Assembly: GCA_028534125.1 (NCBI GenBank)
Contig: CM052816.1
Span: forward strand, 8,682,001 to 8,746,000
DNA length: 64,000 bases
Origin: Lama glama
Taxonomy: Eukaryota
Direction of reading: 5' to 3'
Made by a program: the position numbers and the translations under genes. Under the pieces are notes generated by a model. That model was not told the DNA's origin. It saw nothing but the letters and a program-made list of their open reading frames with translations, and made no database searches. Below are positions 13,706-24,979 of this stretch, piece by piece; the first letter of the stretch is position 1, and every line of letters starts with the position of its first letter.

Positions 13706-14329
13706 CTGACAGTGAAAAAGTAACAAGTTCTCAAAGGCACGTCTGTATGTCCCCTTGCTTGGGACAGAGACACAGCTGTAAGTGACACAGCTAAGCACAC
13801 CAGTTCTGGAGTGAGAATGCCAGGCTTAAGCAGCGCTGTCACCTTGGGTAAGTCACTTCATATTCCTGAGTTTCCATTTCTTCATCTCACTTTCAAAATC
13901 TGCTGTAAGGATTAAGTGACAGAATGGTGTAGAGCTTAGACTGGTGTACTGTGTGTACTTAATAAATGGTAGCTATAATTTCAGCAATAATATTTGATAA
14001 TTCTCATATTTGTACAGTGCTTCACAGCTTACAAAACACACTCATGTTATATTTTTACAATTACCACGGACGGCAAGTATAACTCCAAACCCCCTGTTTA
14101 CAAAGACCCTATAGCACAGCATGGGTACTCACAAGTGTGGGCTTTGGGGTCAGAGAGAAGTAGGGCCAGATCTCCAGCCAACCCTCTCCCACTGGTGTAA
14201 CCTAGGGCAAGTATGTGATCCCTCCAACCTTCCATTTTCTCATCTATAGATTAGAATAAAAACAGTACTCACCTCCAAGGGTTTTTATGAGGATTAAATC
14301 AAATAATGCAGACAAAGCATCTGACAAAC

Positions 14330-14905
14330 TTTATTCACCAAAAATTTACCAACTGTTTATTTATTGACTATGTGCCAGGAACTCTTCTAAGTTCTGTGAA
14401 CAAAATAATGAACCTGCCTCGTGGGGTTTATATTCTAGTGGGGAGACAGACAATAAATAAATACATATGCCAGGTAGTGATGAGTACCATAAATCTAAAC
14501 AAAGCCATATAAAGAGCTGGAGAGTGGTAGATTTATCTAGGGAAGGCTTCCATAAAGATGTGAATGTTTATCAGAGACCAAGAAGACCCAGCCCTGGGAA
14601 TGTTTAGTGGAAGAGCAGCACGAGGCTTAGGGAAGAACAAATGCAAGGGCCTGAAGGCAGGTGGGCACTTGACATGTAGGTGACACGAGGCAGGTGTGGC
14701 TGGAGCAGAGTGAGCAAGAGCACAAAGTAGAGAAAATAAACTTCTGGAAACTAAAGCCAGATCTTGTAGAGCCTTGAAGTAAGTAAATAAGGCAGAGGTA
14801 TACATAGGTATAAGGTGTTCAGATTTTATTCTAAAGTGGCAGGAAGCAAGTGGAGGGCTCTAAGCAGGGTGACATGATCTGGTTTCTGTTTTAAAAGGAT
14901 CACTC
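14330..14905 (-). mobile_element. L2 fragment (continues at about 17265-17400 after the nested insertions)
   Basis: Reverse L2 3' motifs: TTTATTGACTATGTGCCAGG...TATATTCTAGTGGGGAGACAGACAATAAA...GACATGATCTGGTTTCTGTTTTAAAAGGATCACTC. Confidence 0.75.
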
Positions 14906-14908
14906 CTA

Positions 14909-15014
14909 TGTACAATTTCAAAAGCACTTACACTAAAGTTAGAACAATATGGAGAAGGTTAGCATGGCCACTGCACATGAATGACATGCAAATTTATGAA
15001 GTGGTCCTAATTTT
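14909..15014 (+). pseudogene. Decayed U6 snRNA retropseudogene
   Basis: 14917-15014 aligns ungapped to U6 from its position 9 to the 3' U-tract, 76/98 identities by hand count against the recalled U6 sequence. CpGs have decayed, the ACAGAGA box reads ATGGAGA, and no PSE/TATA is evident upstream. Confidence 0.9.
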
Positions 15015-16474
15015 GAAATCAGAACCTTATGAAATCAGTTATTTGTTGGAGGAGGTGGAAAGGGGTGGAAAGAGTAGGGAATGGGATGGGGCAGCAGAGA
15101 TGAGAGGGGAGCAATGCTTTGCTCAGTATACCTTTCTGTATAGCTCTGACCCTTGGAACCATCATAATGTTTCACATACTTCTAAAATAAATATATAATT
15201 AAGACCAAGCAGGATGTGGAAGGGGAACCCCAAATGGAATATACCAACAATACGGAATGAACTTCACTCTATACAAATGAATAATTGTGTATGAAGAAAT
15301 CAACATAAGTAACTGTTTTTCACAGGGATGCAGGTTAATAATTCTGAAACTACTTTATGTGAGGACTAACTTTGAACAAATAAGTAAATATACTACAGAT
15401 AATGGCAGCCATTTCTCCCTGTCACAGAAATATGTTAACAAATAAGAAAAGGGGGAAGATTAGAATGAACCCTGAGATGCTGGGCTAGAATTGGTATTGA
15501 GTATGAACTCACGGTTTTAAATACTTTAAGTATCTAAGTACAGATGGATAGAAAAAGATGTAGATGTGTATATGCGTGTGTTGGTATATGTGCATATATT
15601 TCCTAGCTCTATCAGCAGAGAGGGCCTAGAAGCAAAGACACTCCAGGAGCAATGAGCATATCTAGATCCTAGAACTTGGTGTCTAAATATTACTCTCCAA
15701 AGCTAGGAACAAGGGCTACTAGGAGAAATGGCCACTTCCAAGGCTGGGAAAGGGAGAATATAAGCTAAGCCTGGAACATCCTGTGGTATCAGAAAGTAAG
15801 AAAGTGCTCACAAATTGTTAGAGACATATTGAAAGGACACAGGAGCCAAATTGAAGGAGTTCCTGATGGACAAAGTTGGTAAAATTTGAGCAAGAATATT
15901 ATAATACTGGATTCTGACTCATAGAATAAAGAAAATATCCAAGAATTTATACTTAGACAAATAAACATTTGAATAAAGAAATGAAAGGGGGAGAAGGGAC
16001 AGTTCTTGCTTATAGAAGAATTCCGATTAATAAGTGTAGAAGGTAAAGGGGGTTGAGGGGAGCACAAAATGGGTAAAGGGGGTCAACTGCATGGTGACAA
16101 ATGGAAACTAAACTTTCGGTTGTGAGCATGCTGTAGTACATACAGAAGTCAGAATATAATGCAGAGCACAGAGGATTTCTGGAGAAGAGAAACTATATGT
16201 ATGATACTGTACCAAGAGATACCTGACATTATACATCAGTCTAAACCCACAGAACTGAGCAACACACAGAGTGAACCCCACTGTATGCTATGGACTTGAG
16301 TCAATAATAATACATTAATATTCATTCATCAATCATAATAAAGGTACCACACTAATGCAAGGTGTTAGTAACAGGGGAAACTCTGTGGGTGGGGGAGAGA
16401 GTACATAGGAGTGCTCTGTACTTTCTGCTTAGCTGTTCTGCAAATCTAAAAGTGCTCTAAAAAATAAAGTCTAT
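15015..16474 (+). mobile_element. Old L1 3' region (L1MC/L1MD-like) directly fused to the U6 copy
   Basis: Contains L1MC-type 3'UTR motifs (ATATTTCCTAGCTCT...GAGAGGGCCTAGAAGC; GTGAACCCCACTGTATGCTATGGACTT) and ends in AATAAAGTCTAT. Confidence 0.7.
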
Positions 16475-17251
16475 TCAAAAATCCACAAATGACAAATGCT
16501 GGAGAGGCTGTGGAGAAAGGGGAATCCTCCTACACTGCTGGTGGGAATGCAGTTTGGTGCAGCCACTGTGGAAAACAGTATGGAGATTCCTCAAAAGACT
16601 AGGAATAGACTTACCCTATGACTCAGGAATCCTACTCCTGGGCTTATATCCAGAAGGAACCCTACTCCAAAATGACACATGCACCCCAATGTTCATAGCA
16701 GCACTATTTACAATAGCCAAGACATGGAAACACCCTAAATGTCCACCAGCAGATGACTGAATAAAGAAGATGTGGTATATTTATACAATGGAATACTATT
16801 CAGCCACAAAAACCAACAACATAACGCCATTTGTGGCAACATGGATGCTCCTGGAGAATGTCATTCTAAGTGAAGTAAGCCGGAAAGAGAAAGAAAAATA
16901 CCATATGAGATCGCTCATATGTGGAATCTAAAAAACAAAAACAAAAAAAAAAGGATAAATACAAAACAGAAATAGACTCATAGACATAGAATACAAACTT
17001 GTGGTTGCCAAAGGGGTAGAGAGTGGGAAGGGATAGATGGGGTTTTAAAATTGTAGAATAGATAAACAAGATTATACTGTAAAGCACAGGGAAATATACA
17101 CAAGATCTTATGGTAGCTCACAGAGAAAAAAATGTGACAATGAATATACATATATGTTCATGTCTAACTGAAAAATTGTGCTCTACACTGGAATTTGACA
17201 CAACATTGTAAAATGATTATAAATCAATAAAAAATGTTAAAATAAATAAAT
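16475..17251 (+). mobile_element. Young 5'-truncated L1 (ORF2 C-terminus, 3'UTR, A-rich tail)
   Basis: Translates as L1 ORF2 C-terminus ([13 protein letters not shown]...CTPMFIAALFTIAKTW). Perfect 13-bp TSD AAATAAAGTCTAT at 16462-16474 and 17252-17264. Confidence 0.95.
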
Positions 17252-18409
17252 AAATAAAGTCTATGAGGTCTATACTATGTTGAGATTAAACCAGGGGTCC
17301 AAAGTGTTAACAAGAATAGCTGTTAGAAGGCTACTACAAATATTCAGGCAAGAGCATTTGGTTATCCCTCTAGGGGCAAGTGGTGACGGTGAAGAGAACT
17401 TATTAACCACAAAAGGGCAAGTGAGCCACAGACCATAGGAAGCCCAGGTGACCCAACTGCTGTGGGTTGTACCTCTGAAATGCACCAGGCCCTCCATGGG
17501 ACACATCAGATGGCACCTAGACCAGCATGGTCCAGCTCTCAGCAAAGACTCCCACAGCAAGACTATCACCCCAGGACCAAACCCCTTCCCCAGTGCTGGT
17601 CCAGCCAATTCTCAGAAAGAATTCCCTCAGGAGAGCCCTGAAACTGAGAGAGACTGTGGCCAGGAAAGATCACCTAAAACCCACAGCTAAGGAGAAGGTG
17701 TGTGACAGGGAGATCAGTCAGCTGCAGAGATGATCTCACTAAGAGAGAGTTTGGGCGTAGCCCTCAAACCTAGGGCGGTTCCCACATTCTCCTTGAGGGT
17801 GATTCTGCAGGAATGTGACTAATGTCAAAGAAACCTATCATATCAGTATGGCCAGGGGCAAGGGCGTTTTAGTAACTGAAGGGTGGAGGAAGGCAAACTA
17901 GAGCAGAGCTGTCAGAGAGGTAGGAATGCTACAGGCACCAAGGACTTATTTCCTCTCCTCTTGTCTTTCTAGTCACAGACTGTAAAGAAGTCACAGCAGC
18001 AAAGAAGTTACTCCCAGTATCAAAAGGACACTCTATCTCTAGCCGGGAGAAATGAGAAAGGGAGGCAGGATGGTCAAGAGCTAAGGCTCTAGAGTCTGAA
18101 AGAGCTGGGTTCAAATCCTGACTACCTGGTTAAGTTGTGTAACCTTAGGAAAGTTACTTAACCTCTCTGAGTTTCAGATTTTTCTTTAGTAAAATGGGGA
18201 CTACAATAGTAATAATAATAATAATAATCAACAAATAGCAGTGTCAGAAGAATGAAAAGGGCTACTACATGTTAAGTACCCACAGTCATGGCTGGCACAG
18301 AGATGGGTACTATTTTCACACAGAAGGCATGAAACTGAGGCTCAGAGACATGAAGGAGCTGTGGGTGGCAGAACCTTCACAGTCAGACTCCACAGTCCCT
18401 GCTCTAAAA

Positions 18410-18915
18410 CACTAGACCTGCAAGCCACAGCCACATGTGGCTATTGGGCGCTTGAAATATGAAGAATTCCAACTGAGATGTGCTGTCAGCTTAAAAGACA
18501 TTGGGATTGCAAAGGTTTCACACAAAAAAATAATAATAATAAAATGTACCATGAATGAATTTTACATTGATTAAATGTTGAAATATTATTTTGGATATAT
18601 TGGGTTAGGTAAGATACATCATTAAAATTAATTTCACCTGCTTTAATTTTTTTAATGTAGCTACTCAAAATTTTTAAATTTAATTTGTGACTGTCATTAT
18701 ATTTGTTTTTCTTTATCTGTTTTTTTTTTGGTTGGTTGGGTTATTTGTGGGGTTTTTTGGTGGGGGGAGGTAATTAGGTCTATTTATTTATATATTTTTA
18801 CTGGAGGTACTGAGGACTGAAGCCAGGACCTCGTGCATGCTAAGCATACACTCTACCACTTGAGCTATAATGTTCCTCCTTCACATTGTATTTCTTTTGG
18901 ACAACCACTGTACTA
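18410..18915. mobile_element. MER3/MER33-like hAT DNA-transposon relic (split by the SINE)
   Basis: AGCCACATGTGGCTATTG...TAATGTAGCTACT...TATTTCTTTTGGACA motifs recalled from MER3-type consensus. Confidence 0.65.
18705..18883 (-). mobile_element. tRNA-Ala-derived SINE (Vic-1-like) inserted in a MER3-like element
   Basis: Minus strand reads TAGCTCAAGTGGTAGAG...CTTAGCATGCACGAGGTCCTGG (A-box, AGC anticodon arm) with an A-rich tail. TSD-like CATTATATTT (18695-18704) and CATTGTATTT (18884-18893). Confidence 0.85.
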
Positions 18916-19286
18916 GAGCATGATGACTTCCAGTGACAGGACCCTATGTGGGAACTCCTGTGAATATCTGAGTTGCACTGGGAGTCATTCATAAGGACAG
19001 GGAACCTACCTCACTTGGGAGGGGAAAACTGTTAAAAACAGTTATGCCTAAGGTCCAAAAATCTTTTAAAATGCTGTGGCTGTGGGACTGGGAAAAGGAC
19101 CTTTACAGCAGGGCCTGGGGGCTGGGCAGGGAACAGAGAGAGCTGGTAGGAAGCAGCCTTGATCCAGCACATAGCTGCACCTAGGAGAAGAAAAGCCAAG
19201 CGGATTCTTTGCGCCTCTTCTTGGCTAACAATGAGGAGTAAAGGATGAGGAGGCTACTTTCTGTAGACTCTGTAAACTCCAGGGAA

Positions 19287-19467
19287 TAGGTTTGCCAAAT
19301 TAGTGAGGGAAAATACAAGATGCTCAGTTAAATTTGAGCTTCAGATAAATAATAAAGTATGTTTCAGTGTAAATATGTCTCAAATGTTACACGGGGATTA
19401 CTAAAACATTACTGTTTTTCTGAAATTCAAATTTAATTGGCCATCCTATATTTTACCTGGAAACTGT
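19287..19467. mobile_element. MER53-like palindromic MITE
   Basis: Imperfect inverted arms CAGTTAAATTTGAGCTTCAGATAAA and TTTTTCTGAAATTCAAATTTAATTG. Confidence 0.75.
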
Positions 19468-20449
19468 ACCAGAGAAGCAGTGAAGCAGTGAAGGCAGGGA
19501 ATGGAGATGTCACCAGGTATGCTTGGGGGACAGAGTGGCATCTTGACTCCTAGTAGGTCAAGCAGGAAGGCAGAAATGGACAAGCGAGGAACCCTAACAG
19601 GAATCGGGTCAAACCTCAAACCTACAGCAACAGAAGAGCCTGACCTCAGAGTCTCCAGACCCTTAGAGTGTCTGCAGCCTGAAGCTTATCTATCCAAATA
19701 CTTTAAAAAACTCTTGTTCTTTTTTGTGTCTGTGTTCATCTATCATTTATAGGAAACAGCACTTCATTCACATTGCTGTTTTAAAAAAGAATCATATTTT
19801 CAAGGGAATAATAAACACACTATACACAGACTTTAATCCCACTCTACTGCAAGGGAGCTGTTCAGTGCAGCAGTTGGAAGGCATGGGTCCAGAGGCCTCC
19901 TGCCCCAATGCATATCCTGGCTCTGCCACTAGCTGGATGACCTTGAGCAGGTTACTTCCTCTCTTTGTGCCTCAGTTTCCTCAACTATAAAATGAGATGA
20001 CAGCATCTACCTTTCCAGACTGTTGTGAGGATTAAATGAGTTAATACATATATATCAGAACAGTGCTGGTCATTCAGTGAACACTCAGAAAGAGGGCTTT
20101 TTCAAAAAATTTGTTTGCATATTTGTTACTCTTTATCCTCATCAACACATTCATGTCTAAGAAAGGGTAGAAGATTGGGGATGTGAAGGCCAGAGGGACT
20201 TGGGTGGCCACGGGACTGAGTGCCCTCGCCTTGTCCTCTTCTCTGCCTGACACCATTCTCCTTGTCCCCTGACTCCATTTGAAAACCCCTGACCCTGCAC
20301 ATTTTGTTAAGTAGCCCCAGAACAGCAGATGGGAAGAGATTGCAGAAGATAGGGAAGAGGTTTACACCCACTGATCCCTCCTTCTTTATACTCTGGTCAT
20401 CCTAACCATTTCAGCATCAGGAATCTACCTTCATTTCTCACCTAGGTGA

Positions 20450-21090
20450 TATTAAATCCCCCAGCTAGTCTCCCTACTTCTGCCCTTGCCACCCCCTCAC
20501 AATCCACCATCCACCCCAGCCTAAGAGATCTTTGAAAAACAAATCTGACCATATCACTTCCCTGCTCAAAGTTGTCCAACAACTTCTCATCACATTTAGA
20601 ATAAAATCCACATTCTTTACCATGGCCTAGAAGGCCCTGCACAATCTGGTCCTTCTCTGCCTCTTCTATCTCATCTCCAAACACTCTCCCCTCACTAATC
20701 CCCCTGGAGACACATCAGCGTTCTTTCTGCCTGTCCTTCGAATATCCCAGGCTCATCCCTGCCTCAGGACCTTTGCACAGCTATTCTCTCTACTCTCTTT
20801 CCAGATCTTCTCACTGATGGCTCATTCCTAACATTTAGGTCTCAGTTCAAATGTCACCTCCTCAGGAGGCCTTCTCTTATCTCAAAAGTTAGTACAACTG
20901 TTAGTCTTCAAATTATAAATTACTACTGAAAATTCTTCTGTTTATCTGTGTATCATCTGTCTTTCTCACTAATTTGTTAATCCATAAGAACAGAAGATCA
21001 AATCCTCTTGTTGATGCTGTGACCAGGCACACAGCAGTGACTGGCACACTGCAGGTGCTCAGTAGATAATTGTTCAATGCACGAATGTGA
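20450..21090 (+). mobile_element. L2 3' fragment
   Basis: AAATCTGACCATATCACTTCCCTGCTCAAA...GGTCTCAGTTCAAATGTCACCTCCTCAG...GTGCTCAGTAGATAATTGTTCAATG. Confidence 0.75.
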
Positions 21091-21372
21091 AAGAGTCCAT
21101 ACTATAGACTCAGCCATGCCACTAACCAATTATGTGTCCATGAGGATGTCCCTTCCTGTCTCTGGGCCTCAGTCCATCTGTAAAGCGATGGGGTTGGACT
21201 GGATATTATTTGAGGGTCTTGCCAGCTCTAACATGCAATGTTTCAGGGATTACCAAGACAGATTAATTAAGCTGCATTTCCCTGGAACTCTGGAGACAGT
21301 ACAGCAGTGACCACATGCCGAAAACAATTTCACAGGAACCTCCAGCTAACAGCTTCCTGATCTTTTGCTTAC

Positions 21373-21496
21373 CAATCAGCTGCACTTGTTCCTCTTCCCT
21401 GGAGGCTGTTTCCTGCAGATCATGAAGCAATCTGCTGTTCACCTTGATGATATCATCAATGTTTGAGAACAGGACATCCAGATCTCCCTGTGGCAG
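21373..21496 (-). CDS. ARHGEF37: ARHGEF37 exon 3 (DH domain)
   Basis: 124 nt, [41 protein letters not shown](G). Pyrimidine tract plus ccAG acceptor, TTG|GTAAGC donor, frame-compatible with neighbours. Not in the ORF track; read manually. Confidence 0.95.
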
Positions 21497-22695
21497 CTGG
21501 AAGGAAAAAAACAGTCATAAGAAGTCACTTGGGAGGTGGGTAGAGTGACTTTTTTTTTTTTTGCAGGCTTTGATGGTAGTCTAGAACATTCACATCATCA
21601 GGGTCCCATCATTCTTGGCAAGAATGTCCCAGTGGAATGTTTGCAAGGAGTTTGTAATGTTATAAATTAGTTATTTTCATTACAAGAAGAGAGGACGAGA
21701 TGGAGCGCTCAGCATAAAAGGAAAGCTGAACTAGGGTTTTATCCTAGATCTGCTGCCAACTGTAATTTTCATTCTCTCATTTTCACCATCTGTCATATAA
21801 GGGTGGGAAGCTGGACTTCTTTCCAGCTCTAACATACTTGGCATCTACCACCATTACCTTGAGAAACACTCTGAACTCCAGCCCCTATGAATTAAGCCAT
21901 ACCACTGTTTAAAAGTATGCAGGACATCTATATATGTTCATCGATAGAAAGATGTCCTGGAGGCACAATCAAGTGGGAAAATCTAACTTAGAAAAACATC
22001 CAGAGTATGCTCTTATTTTTATTAAAGTAAGTAACAAACTATGTTTGTTTAATGCCTGCAGAGAAAAATCCCAATTTCTGGAGGGTGAAATACAAGAAGA
22101 CTTTCATCTTCTACATTACCTACCTGATTATTTCATTTACTCAATAAACACTAATTGAAGTCTATTACTTATGTATCAAGAACTGGGATATATTGAACTA
22201 AACAGTTTCTCCCCTTATGGAGCTTACATTCTAGGGGATCCTTGAACATTTAGAGAGAAAGCCTGTGTTATTTCTGAAATCAGGAAAGAAAAAGATGCAA
22301 AAAAAAAAGAACATTAAAATAGAAACCCATCATAGTGATAACTTCTCCATTTTTACCATCCTCCAAATGAGACAATTAGAATGCAGGTCGCTTAAAGCAA
22401 TCTGTTCTAAACCTAATAAATGGCTATTTTACCCATTAGCTCACTTAATTCTCTGAGGTGATTATTCCTCCCCACATTCAACAGGTGAATATACAAAGGT
22501 ACTAGGGTGTTTAAGGCCTTGCTGAAGGTTGCTGGGCCAGTAAGTGGAAGTACTGGGGCTTACATCCAGGTGACTTCACATCCACCACACATTCCCCTCC
22601 AACAAGCCTGCTCCAGGAACAGATGTGAGGTCTCAGAAGCTGGGACCTACGTTTGCCGCTATAAAGACAGGCTAAGTGTGGCCCCACCCTCGTAC

Positions 22696-22881
22696 CTGCT
22701 GCAGGTGGCTCCTGATGTCTGAGGCACAGAGCTGGAGCATGTGCAAGTAGGAGACCTCTGTGTCGATGAGTTCCCTGACTGCCAGCTTTTGATGAAGCAA
22801 GGATTTGTCCTCAGAGACCCGACCTTCCCCGTTCGGACTCCCTGTACTGGAGGATGGCTCATCATCCCCATGATCAGTCAT
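22696..22881 (-). CDS. ARHGEF37: ARHGEF37 first coding exon (exon 2; exon begins at 22892 with 11 nt of 5'UTR)
   Basis: Encodes [11 protein letters not shown]...[33 protein letters not shown], the start of a DH/RhoGEF domain recognisable as ARHGEF37. Acceptor cttctcAG at 22893-22894, donor CAG|GTACGA, 186 nt, phase 0. Confidence 0.95.
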
Positions 22882-24423
22882 GTCAGCAGGTTCTGAGAAG
22901 ACAAACACATCCCCACTCACTTCTGGAAGCTCTGCTGGGACATGCTGTCTCTAATTCAAAGACAACCTTTCATCAAGTGACTTAAAAACATCTTCAGCTG
23001 CATACAGAGTCGAGACCAACTGTGCATTAGCGTTTGTGGGCAGTATCTGAACAATCTTAAAAGGTAGAATGCAGCTCAGATAATTGTTGACATTTTAAAT
23101 TCATTTCCCAGGATTCAGACAATGTGCTTGCCTGGCTTTTCTTCTATTTTCCCCCAGCTCTTGACCCAGATTTCTTCATCTGGTTAGCTGAGTCTCCCTC
23201 CTGGTAGTTCCCTCCTCTCCTTCCCGACTCCCCGACTCAGGCTGTACTACCTAGTACCTGGGCTATTTCCACAGCCTCCAGAGACATCTTTCCAAATCCA
23301 AACCCCTTTCCCACCTGCTTCCAGCCACACCCGTTCATCCTGGACATGCTTCCAGTTTATAAACTTCCTGAAACAGAGCTTGTGATCCTTCTGTTCCCTG
23401 CTGTGAGACTTTAGTAGCTCTCTGTTGCTCCATGGTCCAGCTGAATCTCATTTTCCTTTTCCCTGACACATTCCAGTGAAAGAAAGTGATGTGCTCTTCT
23501 CCATTCCTGCATGGTCACTTCCTGCCTTCATGCTTTTGCACCTGTTGTGCCCCCTCCCACGTCTCTATCCTCTGACATCCATCTTTAAGGCCTTTCCTGA
23601 TCCAGTGAGATGTACTTTTCTCCTTTATTTCTAACTTTAAAAAGTACAAAGGCAATACTGTAAACAAGAAGAATCTCCCTACTGCAAAACACCTAGAAAT
23701 GCCAGATCAGCTATAACAAACTTCCTTTTCACTGCATGACAGGGCTTGCAAGAGAGTAAAGGAAATCAGCAGGGCCCCCAAAACAGGGGGAACTGAAAAT
23801 CAGAGCAGAAGCAATTGAGCTGATGCAGCTCTAGCCAAAGTGGATGGAGTGGGCAGGGAAGAGGACACTTGTTGAGCTCAGTGAACCAGGGACTTGGGCA
23901 TTAGCGCCCATGCAGGAACAGGAGACAAGCTCCTTCACAGAACTGGGACCCTCAAAACACGCCAGTGAAATGGTGAATCAGAAAAAAATGTCCCTTCACC
24001 CACACAGAAGATGACAAAGATGCTTCTACATCTTGGATTGGATTCTGGGTGAAGGAAAAGATCCCCTCTGAAAATTCTTAACAACAAGCCTGCTTTCACT
24101 GGGTTGTAGGTTCAAATGTACACTCTACATGCGGTCCAAGTAGCCCAATGCTGAGAAATAAACAAAAAAAAGAAGTCCTGGACTAATGCTACTATGAGTA
24201 CCCATAGGAAAAATAAAATGTCTCCAGGAGGACATATCCTTCACCTATGCCACATGGTACTCCAACAGATAACCCTATCCTAAAGATGAGATAAATTCCA
24301 AAATTACAAGAACTTCATTGCAAGTGAGCATCATCAGAGACAACAAAGAGTAGGATCAGACCACAAGAACATCAGATAATCAAACTATTAGATAGAAACT
24401 ATAAAACAGACAGGACCAGAAAA

Positions 24424-24427
<4 letters not shown>

Positions 24428-24454
<27 letters not shown>

Positions 24455-24484
24455 AAATACATACATACATACATACATACATAC
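24428..24484. repeat. (AAAT)n(ACAT)n microsatellite
   Basis: Directly visible. Confidence 0.95.
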
Positions 24485-24979
24485 CCATATGATTTTTTAA
24501 AGCACCAAGTAGAACTTACAGAAATTAAAAATTAGTCTTTGAAATTAAAAGCTGAATGGACAAGTTAAACAATTATGATAAAGAGAAATAGTAAAGGAGC
24601 AGATAGATGTTAAGAAATTATCCAGACTGCTAAAAAGAAAGAAAAAAATCAGGAAAAATAGGAAAGAGAATTAGGGGATCTGGATATTGAAACAAAGAGG
24701 TCATGCATCAACTCTGTGTTCCAGAAGCAAAGAACAAAGAGAATGAGGAGAGGCAACATCTGAAGACATGAGACTAAGAACTGTCCAGAATTTATAAAAG
24801 CTGTGAATTCTTAAATCCAGAAAGTACAAGTCCCAAGCAGCATGTTAAAAAAAAATTACATCTAAACACATTGAGGAGAAACTACAGAACCTTGAAGGCC
24901 TGGAGAATTTGTCTTATATATTCCTGTCCTCAGGAAACTGTAGGAGAATATGTTCCACCAAAATAAAGAAATAAGTCAA

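Noticed and set aside
14909..15014. Functional U6 gene
   Set aside because: ACAGAGA box mutated, many CpG-decay changes, no upstream Pol III promoter, embedded in TEs.
18790..18875. Possible tRNA-Ala genes here and near 49.0 kb
   Set aside because: Degenerate stems, a shared non-tRNA tail and A-rich ends identify them as SINEs.
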